DNA of 63,829 nucleotides, the filler included. It is 8 parts of 8 records of this genome, joined end to end, with 100 filler letters (N's around TTAATTAATTAA, not from the genome) between each part and the next. Parts side by side here need not be neighbours in the genome. Positions count along the whole stretch, not along the records: positions 1 to 4,886 come from SRR20825010_620; positions 4,987 to 11,558 come from SRR20825010_623; 6 more parts are not named here. One strand, written 5' to 3'. Within the stretch, counting starts at the first letter, position 1. The number at the start of each line of letters is the position of its first letter. The notes under the pieces were generated by a model. It was not told where the DNA came from. It was given only the letters and a program-made list of their open reading frames with translations, and made no database searches. Below, in pieces: positions 1-9,084 of this stretch. A program made the translations under genes and the position numbers.

Positions 1-51
1 CGTGACGCAGACCGCAGCCCGGACCCGCCGATACACCGGGTGGAGGCCCCC

Positions 52-300
52 ATGCTCGACCTGCTCCAGACAATCGGCCCGCCGCTCGCCGAGATCACCG
101 ACGGGGCCACCGCGTGGTCGCAGTTTGTCACCAGCGTGGGTGATGTGATCGAGGGCAACAAATCGCTGCTGCCGCTCGTCGCCGCCGCGATCGGCATCGG
201 CCTCGTCGCGGTCGTTCTGAGTCTGGCCAATGTCCGATTCGCGCACTGGATCGAACGATTCTGGCGACGCCGCCACCCCCGCGCCGGCCGCGACCACTGA
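52..300 (+). CDS. small membrane protein, unknown function
   Basis: GGAGG at 42-46 before ATG 52; one hydrophobic segment (LLPLVAAAIGIGLVAVVLSLA) followed by an Arg-rich tail. Confidence 0.6.
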   Translation: MLDLLQTIGPPLAEITDGATAWSQFVTSVGDVIEGNKSLLPLVAAAIGIGLVAVVLSLANVRFAHWIERFWRRRHPRAGRDH

Positions 301-342
301 CGCGACGACGCGCGCCCGACGCGTGCAGCCCGCTCGCCGAGA

Positions 343-714
343 CTACCCCGCCTGATACAGGCCGCACACCGCCCCGGCAGGGTCACGGATCACCGCGAAC
401 TTCCCGCCGCCCGCGCCGCGGGGCTCGGTGACCACCTCGCCCTTGAGCACCCGCACCCGCTCCAGCGCCGCGTCGAGGTCTTCGACGATGACGTACATCA
501 TCCACTGCGCCGGCATCCCCGCGTTCGCCCCGCGCGCATGGCAGACGCCCGCCACGGTCTGACCGCCCGCGTTCATGCTGAAGTCCGCATACCCGCCCAT
601 GTCCACCGGCTCGGCCGCCCAGCCCACCACCCCGGCGTAGAAGTCCCGCACCCCCTCCGCGTCAGGGACGGTCAGGTCGTGCCAGCCGATCGATCCGGGT
701 GTCATGTTGCTCAT
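343..714 (-). CDS. VOC/glyoxalase-bleomycin resistance family protein
   Basis: IGWHDLTVPD..FY..VVGW, WMMYVIVEDLD, G.FAVIRDPAGA motifs. Confidence 0.85.
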   Translation of the reverse strand: MSNMTPGSIGWHDLTVPDAEGVRDFYAGVVGWAAEPVDMGGYADFSMNAGGQTVAGVCHARGANAGMPAQWMMYVIVEDLDAALERVRVLKGEVVTEPRGAGGGKFAVIRDPAGAVCGLYQAG

Positions 715-781
715 GCAGAGAGACTACTGCGTCGCCGCGTCCTGTGCGAGACGTTTGCCGGGGCATGTACACTCAGACGCG

Positions 782-1726
782 ATGACCACGGGGACCCCAA
801 ATCCTGAGACCCCGCACCCGCCCACTGCGCCGGGTGTGTGCCCCGAGTGCAACTACAGCCTCGCGGGCCTACCTCCGCTCAGCCGTGAACGCCCGTGCCC
901 CGAGTGCGGCTATCCCGCAGCCCACTACGTCCCGCCCGAACACTGGCTCAGACACGCCGACCCGCGCTGGCTCCGCCGCGTCCGCGTTGGGCTTCGTCTG
1001 CAGGAGTTTGTCGCATACTACATCGCCGCGTTGGTGCTCACGATGCTCGCGCTGATGGTCGTCAGCGTAATCCTCGAACAGTTTGAACTGCCCGCGCCGA
1101 TGTCACCGGATGCACCGATGTGGTCCGCAGTGCTGCTCTGGATTCTGTTCGGGCTCCCTTTCCCGATGCACAGTCTCGGGTGTTGGCTTTCGACAGGACG
1201 CGTTGCAAACTCAAGCACCCTCACCGGCCACGCACGGAAAGCGACCCGCGTCCTGGGCACATCGCTGGCACCCCTGATGCTCTCGGTCATGCTGCTCGCG
1301 ATATTTATCCAGGCCGACTCGCCGCGGTGGCTCAAGATCGCCCGCCCGCTGTGCTTCATCGCGGTATCGGGGGGCTATCTCTTCGCGCTCGCCTCGTGGT
1401 GCCGGGCTTTGGAATTCCACACGGCCGCATGGACGCTGCAGACCCCGAAACGGTACCGCCGCCTCCGCAAGAACCTCGTCATCACGCTCTTGCTCGCGCT
1501 CTTCCTCGGCTGGTCGTGGATGGTGCTGCTGTTTCCGGACTCACCGCTTTACGGGAACGGGAGCCGCGAGACCGGCGATTTCTGGTGGTTCTGGATGTTC
1601 TTCGGATACGCAGCCGTGGTACAGTTGGGAATCACCCCGGCCGCTCGAGCGCTCCGGGGTGAGATCCGGCACCGGCGAGCGGAGGAATCGTCCGCGGAGG
1701 ACCGTTCCTCAAAGCACCAACCATAG
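782..1726 (+). CDS. multi-TM membrane protein with N-terminal double CxxC zinc ribbon
   Basis: CPECNYSLAGL...CPECG followed by about 6 hydrophobic helices; start placed at ATG 782 to avoid overlap with the VOC gene. Confidence 0.7.
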   Translation: MTTGTPNPETPHPPTAPGVCPECNYSLAGLPPLSRERPCPECGYPAAHYVPPEHWLRHADPRWLRRVRVGLRLQEFVAYYIAALVLTMLALMVVSVILEQFELPAPMSPDAPMWSAVLLWILFGLPFPMHSLGCWLSTGRVANSSTLTGHARKATRVLGTSLAPLMLSVMLLAIFIQADSPRWLKIARPLCFIAVSGGYLFALASWCRALEFHTAAWTLQTPKRYRRLRKNLVITLLLALFLGWSWMVLLFPDSPLYGNGSRETGDFWWFWMFFGYAAVVQLGITPAARALRGEIRHRRAEESSAEDRSSKHQP

Positions 1727-1742
1727 AAGGCTGGCCGTGAAA

Positions 1743-1761
1743 GTGACCCCGACGGGATTCG
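1743..1761 (-). mobile_element. candidate attachment site: isolated tRNA 3'-end fragment (most like tRNA-Glu)
   Basis: Minus strand reads CGAATCCCGTCGGGGTCAC = T-loop, 3' T-stem and 3' acceptor strand; the adjoining sequence cannot form the rest of a tRNA. Confidence 0.55.
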
Positions 1762-1946
1762 CACACTCGGGCCTCTCGGGGTCAAGAGAGGCGATTCCGG
1801 GAGAGGGTGGCCCTATTTCCGGCCCCATGCCGACCGATCCGGCCCCGACGGACGCTTTGGGTGCGTGGCTCGACCGGTGCCCCTTGAACATCACCGCGGC
1901 GTCGCGCGGGAGCATCGAGTGGCTGCTCGAAGGGGTGGAACGATGA
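1743..1946 (+). CDS. short ORF starting in the antisense tRNA fragment (VTPTGFAH...); possible displaced integrase C-terminal tail
   Basis: GTG 1743 in frame to TGA 1946, which overlaps the next ATG (ATGA); alternative ATG at 1827. Confidence 0.35.
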   Translation: MTPTGFAHSGLSGSREAIPGEGGPISGPMPTDPAPTDALGAWLDRCPLNITAASRGSIEWLLEGVER

Positions 1947-2260
1947 GCAACCCGAACTCGACCACCACCGGGCGCGATGGGCGCGGGCGGTTCGCCTCCG
2001 GCAACCCCGGCGGCCCCGGCAATCCGCACGCCAAACAGGTCGGTGCGCTGCGGGCGGCACTGCTGGCGGCGGTCACCCCCGACGACCTCACGGACATCGT
2101 CGGCAAGCTCGTCGAACTCGCCAAGGGCGGGGATGTCCGGGCGATCCGCGAGGTGCTCGACCGAACCCTCGGCAAGCCGGTCGAGGCCGACCTCCTCGAA
2201 CGCCTGGAACACCTGGAGGGGCTCGCCGCGGCTCTCCGGGCTTCGGAGGATGCCCGATGA
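1943..2260 (+). CDS. DUF5681-like / terminase-small-subunit-like small protein
   Basis: GRDGRGRFASGNPGGPGNP motif, then helical LVELAKGGDVRAIREVLDRTLGKP; ATGA overlaps at both ends. Confidence 0.6.
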   Translation: MSNPNSTTTGRDGRGRFASGNPGGPGNPHAKQVGALRAALLAAVTPDDLTDIVGKLVELAKGGDVRAIREVLDRTLGKPVEADLLERLEHLEGLAAALRASEDAR

Positions 2261-2511
2261 ACCGCAGCCGCCTCGACCGCCTGAGCCGCGACCTGGAGGC
2301 ACTCGCCCCGTCTGCCCGGTGTCCGGTTTGCGACGGCCCGATCGACGGTTTCGACCCGATCGTCCTTGTGGACGGCGCGGGGCAGCCCCTCAACCCGGTC
2401 TGTCCCGAGTGCGGCCTACGGATCGACGCCGACGGCCGTGCCAAACTCCGGGAGGCGTGCCGGACGCTGCGGGTGCGGCGGGTCATCGTGCTTGACCGCA
2501 CCACTTCCTAA
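2257..2511 (+). CDS. small zinc-ribbon protein
   Basis: CPVC and CPEC pairs; ATGA coupling to the upstream ORF. Confidence 0.55.
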   Translation: MNRSRLDRLSRDLEALAPSARCPVCDGPIDGFDPIVLVDGAGQPLNPVCPECGLRIDADGRAKLREACRTLRVRRVIVLDRTTS

Positions 2512-2588
2512 ACCGGCTCTCGGTGTCGGGAACCGCCGTTCTCCCCTAGACTGGCTCGACGAGCCCGTCCAGGGGGAGACACCCGTTC

Positions 2589-4886
2589 ATGGCCACGCCC
2601 GAGCAGAAAGCGCGCGCACAGATTGACCCCGCACTCAACGCGGCGGGATGGGCGGTGCAGGACTACAAGGCCATCGACCTCACGGAGGGCCGAGGGCAAG
2701 CCGTCCGCGAGTTCCCGGGAGCCCGCGGCCCGGCCGACTACCTGCTCTATGCGGACCAACGGGCGATCGGCATTGTCGAGGCCAAACCCGCGGGCCACAC
2801 CCTCAAAGGGGTGGAGGGCCAATCCGCGGGCTACTCCGACAGCCTCCCCGCCGGGCTTCCGGCTTGGGCTCGTCCGCTGCCATTCCAATACGAGTCCACC
2901 GGTGAGGTCACCCAGTTCACCGACTGGCGGGAGCCCGACGCCCGGAGCCGAGTCGTATTCAGCTTCCACCGGCCCGAGACGCTGGTCGAGATGGTCCAGG
3001 CCGAGAAGCCGCTCCGCGCCTGGCTCCGGGAGATGCCGCCCCTTCCCGCCGACGGTCTCTGGCCGAAGCAGCACACCGCTATCGGCAACCTCGAACGCTC
3101 GCTCGCCCACGGTCGCCCCAAGGCCCTCATCCAGATGGCGACGGGCTCCGGCAAGACCTTCACCGCCGCCAACATCGCCTATCGGCTCGCCAAGTTCGGG
3201 CACGCCCGCCGGGTCTGCTTCCTGGTCGATCGCACCAACCTCGGGCTCCAGACGCTCAAGGAGTTCCAAAACTTCCAGCCGCCGGGCGAGGGGCACACCT
3301 TCGACAAGCTCTACCCGACCGACTTCCCCCGCGTCAGCCGCTTTGACCCGGTCAACAAGGTCGTCATCACGACGATCCAGCGGCTCTACTCGGTCCTCAC
3401 CGGCAACGCCTTCGCCGAGGAGGACGAGGAACGCTCCGGATTCGAGCGCGGCCCGGCCTTCAAGAAGCCGCCGCTCCCCATCACCTACAACGCCGCGGTC
3501 CCGCCCGAGTTCTTCGACGCCATCATCGTGGACGAGTGTCATCGTTCCATCTACAGCGTGTGGGGCGATGTCCTCAAGTACTTCGACGCCTTCCTTGTCG
3601 GCCTCACCGCCACGCCGGGCAAGCAGACGATCGGGTTCTTCGACAAGAACCTCGTCATGGAGTACACCCACGAGGAGGCCGTCGCCGACCGGGTCAATGT
3701 CCCCTTCGATGTCTACCGTATCGAGACCAAGATCAGCACGAGCCAGACCACCGTGGAGTCGGGATACACCGTCGGGAAGCGCAGCCGCAAGACACGACGC
3801 GAGCGGATGGAGGCCCTGGACGACGACCTGACCTACAACCCCGAGGACCTCGACCGGGCTGTCGTCGCCAAGGACCAGATCCGCACCGTCGTCCAGACCT
3901 TCCGCGACCGGCTGTTCACGGAGATTTTCCCTGGGCGCAAGGTCGTGCCCAAGACGATCATCTTCGCCAAGGACGATTCCCACGCCGACGACATCGTGGA
4001 CATCGTCCGCGAGGAGTTTGGCAAGGGCAACGACTTCTGCCAGAAGATCACCTACCGCTCCGGGACGCTCCGCAACACCCGGCTTGTGACCGACGATGAC
4101 GGCACGCAGCGCGAGGAGGTGTTCTACACCAAGACCAAGGGCAAGTCGGGCGAGGACATCCTCAAGGTGTTCCGCAACTCCTACAACCCCCGCATCGCCG
4201 TCACCGTTGACATGATCGCCACCGGCACCGATGTCAAGCCCGTCGAGATTGTGTTCTTTATGCGCGGCGTCCGCAGTTCCAACTACTTCGAGCAGATGAA
4301 GGGCCGCGGCGTGCGGGTGATGAATCCCGACCAGCTCAAGGGCGTCACCCCCGACGCCCGCTCCAAGACCCGGTTCGTCATCGTCGATGCTGTCGGCGTG
4401 TGCGAACAGGCGAAGCGAGAGCCCCGCCCCATCGACCGCCAGCCCTCCAAGAGCCTGGACCAGGTTCTCCAGTTCATCGCCGCGGGCGGCACCGACCCCG
4501 ACGCCGTCAGCGCCCTGGCGGGCAAGCTCTCAAAACTCGCCCACGACATGACCGACGCGCAGCTCTCCGAGGTCGAGGCCGTTGCGGGCACGCCCCTCAG
4601 CACGCTCATTGCCGATCTGGAGCACGCCCTCGACGAGGACGCCGTCCGCACCAAGGCCGCGGCCGCCCTCCCCGCGGGCACCGAGCCCGACGAGAAGGCC
4701 CTCGAAGCCGCCGAACAGGAACTCATCCGGGAAGCGGTCACGCCCTGGTACAAGCCCGCCCTCCGCCAGATCGTCCTCGACATCAAGCACGCCGCAGAGC
4801 AGGTCATCGACATCGTCAGCATCGACGAACTGCTCCGCGCCGGGTTCTCCGATGCCGCTTACGACGCCGCGCAGAACACGATTCAG
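2589..4886 (+). CDS. hsdR: type I restriction enzyme R subunit (EcoEI/EcoAI-like), 3' truncated
   Basis: nuclease ADY..IVEAK; helicase MATGSGKT, DECHRS, GLTATP, MIATGTD, QMKGRGVR. Confidence 0.92.
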
Positions 4887-4986
4887 NNNNNNNNNNNNNN
4901 NNNNNNNNNNNNNNNNNNNNNNNNNNNNNNTTAATTAATTAANNNNNNNNNNNNNNNNNNNNNNNNNNNNNNNNNNNNNNNNNNNN
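4887..4986. other. artificial contig spacer
   Basis: 44 N + TTAATTAATTAA (stops in all six frames) + 44 N. Confidence 0.99.
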
Positions 4987-5070
4987 AGGTGTCCGAGCGC
5001 AGCGAGTTCTTTTTCCAAAGAAAATGTATCACCACCCCCGAACCAGGCACCCCAGAGGCCAGCGCCAAAC

Positions 5071-5565
5071 TCAGGCCTTGGCCTTCCACCCATCCTCACG
5101 CAACACCGGCCCCACATCCAGAACCGGCGACGCATCAATATCATCAGCGTCCATCATATTGGCCACCCGCTGAAGTGACGCCAGAATCATCGTCTGCTCC
5201 CACTCAGCCAGACTCTGAAACTTCTTGATGAAATCCTCCTGCAGCGGCTGCGGCGCGCGGGCCAGAATATCCGCGCCCTCCTCCGTCAAGTGGGCGTGAA
5301 CCTTACGCTTGTCCTGAGTGCTGCGAACACGGTAGACCAGCTTACGATGCTCCAGCCGGTCAAGAATCGTGGTCACGGTTGCCTGGCTCAGGCTCACCTT
5401 GTCGGCAATGGTTCCAATGGTGACCTCGCCCAGGTCACGGATGCTGCGCATAATCAGCAATTGTGGCCCAGTCAGCCCCGCATGCTTGCTAAGGCGTTTG
5501 GAATGCAGGTCTGTCGCTCGAATCACCCGACGCAACGCCACCAAAACCTCTTCGTAATTGTTCAA
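5071..5565 (-). CDS. MarR-family regulator, CosR/EctR-like
   Basis: EEVLVALRRVIRATDLHSKRL..GLTGPQL, SQATVTTILDRLE, RS..DKRK; TTG start with GGAG upstream. Confidence 0.85.
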   Translation of the reverse strand: MNNYEEVLVALRRVIRATDLHSKRLSKHAGLTGPQLLIMRSIRDLGEVTIGTIADKVSLSQATVTTILDRLEHRKLVYRVRSTQDKRKVHAHLTEEGADILARAPQPLQEDFIKKFQSLAEWEQTMILASLQRVANMMDADDIDASPVLDVGPVLREDGWKAKA

Positions 5566-5771
5566 CGCAACACTCCGCTTCGATTTGCCGAATTGTTTAT
5601 AACACTAAGTATTAGAGGTCTTTGCTCCCAAGATTGCAAGCAGTAGTCACCACACCCACCGCTATGTATTGCACTGACCTGCCAGTCCTTTTACGAATTT
5701 TCGCATTCTTCCGCCAACCACTATGCTAAGGTCACCCCCTTGTTGAATTTCCGCAAAACGGACACGGCCCA

Positions 5772-6722
5772 ATGAACACCCGAGCACACAGTTTTCTTCC
5801 GCAAAGCTCTTTCAGGAAGCGCCTGACAACCGCCCTCGCTTCATGCCTGATCGCACTGCTATTCAGTTCCGCCACCATGGCTCAGGAGCCCGGCGAGAAC
5901 CTTACCGCCGAGGATGTCCAGCAGCGAATCGACTCTGCGGAAGAACCCATGTACACGCCGTTTGTTGAGCTGTATCTATTGGAGGAAACCAAAGCACTGC
6001 GCAAGGAAATGATGAACACCCGCGCCGAGCTGATCGAGAAGGTTGTCGACAAAGAACTCTCGGTGGCCGACAAAACCATGTCGTACGCCACCGACACCGT
6101 TACCTACTTCTTCTACCTGATCGCTGGCGCCACCTCCATTCTCGTGGTCATTGGCTGGAATTCGATTCGCGACATGCGCAACCAGCTCACCAGTCTTGCC
6201 GAGAAGCGGGTCAATGAACTCGTCGTTGAATATGAAAAGCGCCTGGAATTCATCGAGGACCAGTTGAAGCAGAAATCCGACATCATTCATCAGAACCAGG
6301 CCGAAATCGAACGCACCAACGAAGTGCACTCCCTTTGGCTGAAGGCCAGTCAGGAAACCTCCCAGCAGAATAAGATTTCTGCCTACGATACGATCCTGGA
6401 TCTTCGGCCTGACGACGTGGAAGCGCTGAGCTACAAGGCCGATGCTGTGCTGGAAATGCAGGAGCCACTATGGGCCATCAGTCTTTGCCAGCGCGCCCTG
6501 AAACTGGCCCCTGAAAACGGCCATGCGCACTATCAGCTGGCCTGCGCCTACGCCGAGATCGGTCGTTGGGACGATGCCGTAACGACGCTGCAAAAGGCGA
6601 TTAATATCTCTGAAGCGTACAAGGACGACGCCTCCGTTGACCCCAGCTTTGAACAGTTAAGGGATCACGACAGTTTCCGGAAATTGATTTTCCCGGACGA
6701 TGGAGAGCAGTCTGACGTCTGA
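5772..6722 (+). CDS. membrane-anchored TPR protein
   Basis: signal peptide, TM helix, coiled coil, TPR-like repeats (AHYQLACAYA..G), terminal DP.F..LR motif. Confidence 0.8.
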   Translation: MNTRAHSFLPQSSFRKRLTTALASCLIALLFSSATMAQEPGENLTAEDVQQRIDSAEEPMYTPFVELYLLEETKALRKEMMNTRAELIEKVVDKELSVADKTMSYATDTVTYFFYLIAGATSILVVIGWNSIRDMRNQLTSLAEKRVNELVVEYEKRLEFIEDQLKQKSDIIHQNQAEIERTNEVHSLWLKASQETSQQNKISAYDTILDLRPDDVEALSYKADAVLEMQEPLWAISLCQRALKLAPENGHAHYQLACAYAEIGRWDDAVTTLQKAINISEAYKDDASVDPSFEQLRDHDSFRKLIFPDDGEQSDV

Positions 6723-6886
6723 CACGACAGGCCGGAACGCTCTTTGCTCGCCTATGATTGGAAAAGCAACCGTCGGCGTTCCGTCACATTCACTGGCATT
6801 GCCTGCTTGACAAGGCGGCAGGTGTGGTGTTTGTTTACATCGCTGAGACCATAAGAAAAACCCTGACACAAAACAGGACAGACCCA

Positions 6887-7999
6887 ATGAGAACACCAGT
6901 CAAGAAACTCGTATCCGCTGTTGCAACATCCATTGCCGTGATGGGCGCCGGCCAAGCCGCTGCCGAAATCAAAATCGGCATCGCAGGGCCGATGACCGGC
7001 CCTGTCGCCCAGTACGGTGATATGCAATTCTCCGGCGCCCGCATGGCGATCGAGCAGATCAATGCCAATGGCGGTGTTATGGGAGAGAAACTTGTAGCCG
7101 TCGAACAGGACGACGTGTGTGATCCCAAGCAGGCCGTCTCAGTTGCCAACAACATGGTCAACGAAGGCGTGCGCTTCGTGGTCGGGCACCTCTGCTCCAG
7201 CTCCACCCAGCCCGCTTCCGACATCTACGAGGACGAAGGCATCCTGATGGTGACGCCAGCTTCAACCAGCCCGGACATTACCGAGCGTGGCTATGAGCTG
7301 GTGTTCCGCACTATCGGCCTGGACAGCATGCAGGGCCCGGTTGCCGCCAATTACCTGATCAGCCAGAAGCCCGAACGTGTTGCCGTTGTTCACGACAAGC
7401 AACAGTACGGTGAAGGCATTGCGACCGCCGTTCGTGACACCCTCGAAGAAGCCGGTGTTGAAGTGGCCATGTTTGAGGGCATTACCGCTGGTGCCAAGGA
7501 CTTTTCATCGCTGGTGACCAAGCTCAGGCAGGCTGATGTGGACTACGTCTATTATGGCGGCTACCATCCGGAACTCGGTTTGATCCTGCGCCAGGCGCAA
7601 CAGGCTGACCTGGACGCCACGTTCATGGGCCCGGAAGGCGTGGGCAACAAAGACATCAATACCATCGCCGGCGAGGCAGCCGAAGGGCTGCTGGTTACAC
7701 TGCCGCCGAGCTTCGATGAAAAAGACGAAAACCAGGAACTGGTTCAGGCCTTTGAAGAGAAAGGCGAAGATCCGTCCGGTCCTTTCGTACTGACCTCCTA
7801 CACCGCTGTACAGCTGATTGCCGATGGCATTGAAGCCGCCGAATCAACGGACCCGTTCGATGTGGCCGAAGCGCTGCGCGCAGGCACATTCCAGACGCCA
7901 ATCGGTACCGTTGAGTACGACAACAAAGGCGATATGGAATCGTTTGAGTTTGTTGTTTACGAATGGCATTCAGATGGCAGCAAAACTCCGGTAAACTAA
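6887..7999 (+). CDS. livK: branched-chain amino acid ABC substrate-binding protein
   Basis: IKIGIAGPMTG, DDVCDPKQAV, GHLCSSST, HDKQQYGEG, YYGGYHPE. Confidence 0.93.
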   Translation: MRTPVKKLVSAVATSIAVMGAGQAAAEIKIGIAGPMTGPVAQYGDMQFSGARMAIEQINANGGVMGEKLVAVEQDDVCDPKQAVSVANNMVNEGVRFVVGHLCSSSTQPASDIYEDEGILMVTPASTSPDITERGYELVFRTIGLDSMQGPVAANYLISQKPERVAVVHDKQQYGEGIATAVRDTLEEAGVEVAMFEGITAGAKDFSSLVTKLRQADVDYVYYGGYHPELGLILRQAQQADLDATFMGPEGVGNKDINTIAGEAAEGLLVTLPPSFDEKDENQELVQAFEEKGEDPSGPFVLTSYTAVQLIADGIEAAESTDPFDVAEALRAGTFQTPIGTVEYDNKGDMESFEFVVYEWHSDGSKTPVN

Positions 8000-8032
8000 G
8001 CCGCAATCGTTAACAAACGGTAATTATGAGAG

Positions 8033-8067
8033 CACCTTCTCACCGCGATCCGGGAGAAGGTGTTTTT
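8033..8067 (+). terminator. intrinsic terminator/attenuator between livK and livH
   Basis: CACCTTCTC...GAGAAGGTG stem followed by TTTTT. Confidence 0.6.
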
Positions 8068-8160
8068 CTAGGCCCCTGTTGATCCTGTATTCAGTCCCCC
8101 CGGTACCCCGGGCTGTGCCTGTGTGCAGAGGAAGGGGCAGGCTATCGGAGTCCCACACAG

Positions 8161-9084
8161 ATGCAAGACCTCCTGTATTTTATTCAGCAGCTCATTAACG
8201 GGCTGACGATCGGGAGCACCTACGCCCTGATCGCCATCGGTTACACGATGGTTTACGGCATCATCGGCATGATCAACTTTGCCCATGGTGAAATTTACAT
8301 GATCGGCGCCTACACGGCCCTGATCGCCATTACCGGCCTTGCCGCACTGGGTATCGCCTGGCTGCCACTGATACTGATCGTGGCGCTGGTCTGCGCAATG
8401 ATCGTTTCCAGCTCCATGGGCTGGGCCGTGGAACGGGTGGCCTACCGCCCTGTGCGAGGAAAGCACCGCCTGATTCCGCTGATCTCCGCCATCGGCATGT
8501 CCATCTTCCTCCAGAACTACGTCCACCTGGCCCAGGGATCACGCAACATCGGTTTTCCTGCGCTGATTGAAGGCGGATTCCGGTTCGGTGCCGAAGATTC
8601 GTTCCAGACCTCGATTTCCTACATGCAAGTCACCATCTTCATCACCACACTGATCTGCATGACAATACTCTCCCTGTTCATATCCCGCTCCCGCATCGGC
8701 CGCGCCTGCCGGGCCGTTTCCCAAGACCTTGGAATGGCCAACCTGCTGGGCATAGACACCAACCGCATCATTTCAGCCACATTCGTCATTGGTGCTGCAT
8801 TGGCCGCGGTCGCAGGCCTTCTGCTGGGAATGTACTACGGCTCCATCGATCCGCTGTTTGGCTTCATTGCGGGACTGAAGGCGTTTACGGCCGCCGTCTT
8901 GGGGGGCATCGGAAGCATTCCGGGCGCCATGCTTGGGGGGCTTATTCTCGGGGTTGCCGAGAGCATGACCTCCGGCTACCTCAGTGGCGAATACAAGGAC
9001 GTTGTCTCCTTCGGACTGCTGATCCTGATCCTGCTGTTCAAACCCACCGGCCTGCTTGGCAAACCGGAGGTTGAAAAGATCTGA
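8161..9084 (+). CDS. livH: BCAA ABC permease
   Basis: [36 protein letters not shown]. Confidence 0.95.
   Translation: MQDLLYFIQQLINGLTIGSTYALIAIGYTMVYGIIGMINFAHGEIYMIGAYTALIAITGLAALGIAWLPLILIVALVCAMIVSSSMGWAVERVAYRPVRGKHRLIPLISAIGMSIFLQNYVHLAQGSRNIGFPALIEGGFRFGAEDSFQTSISYMQVTIFITTLICMTILSLFISRSRIGRACRAVSQDLGMANLLGIDTNRIISATFVIGAALAAVAGLLLGMYYGSIDPLFGFIAGLKAFTAAVLGGIGSIPGAMLGGLILGVAESMTSGYLSGEYKDVVSFGLLILILLFKPTGLLGKPEVEKI

Noticed and set aside
1743-1820. Intact tRNA gene
   Set aside because: Only the 3' 19 nt are tRNA-like; no matching 5' T-stem, D-arm or correctly placed anticodon arm
2508-3983. 491-aa minus-strand ORF and 402-aa alternate-frame ORF over hsdR
   Set aside because: Shadow ORFs caused by high-GC codon bias; hsdR carries all the expected motifs
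4931-4942. Recurring TTAATTAATTAA palindrome as a biological repeat
   Set aside because: Always centred in identical N runs; it is an all-frame-stop assembly linker. ORF-track entries running into X residues are truncations.
4987-5015. TGTCCGAGCGCAGCGAGTT at the contig start, possibly part of an intergenic repeat
   Set aside because: Single partial copy; cannot be supported from this window
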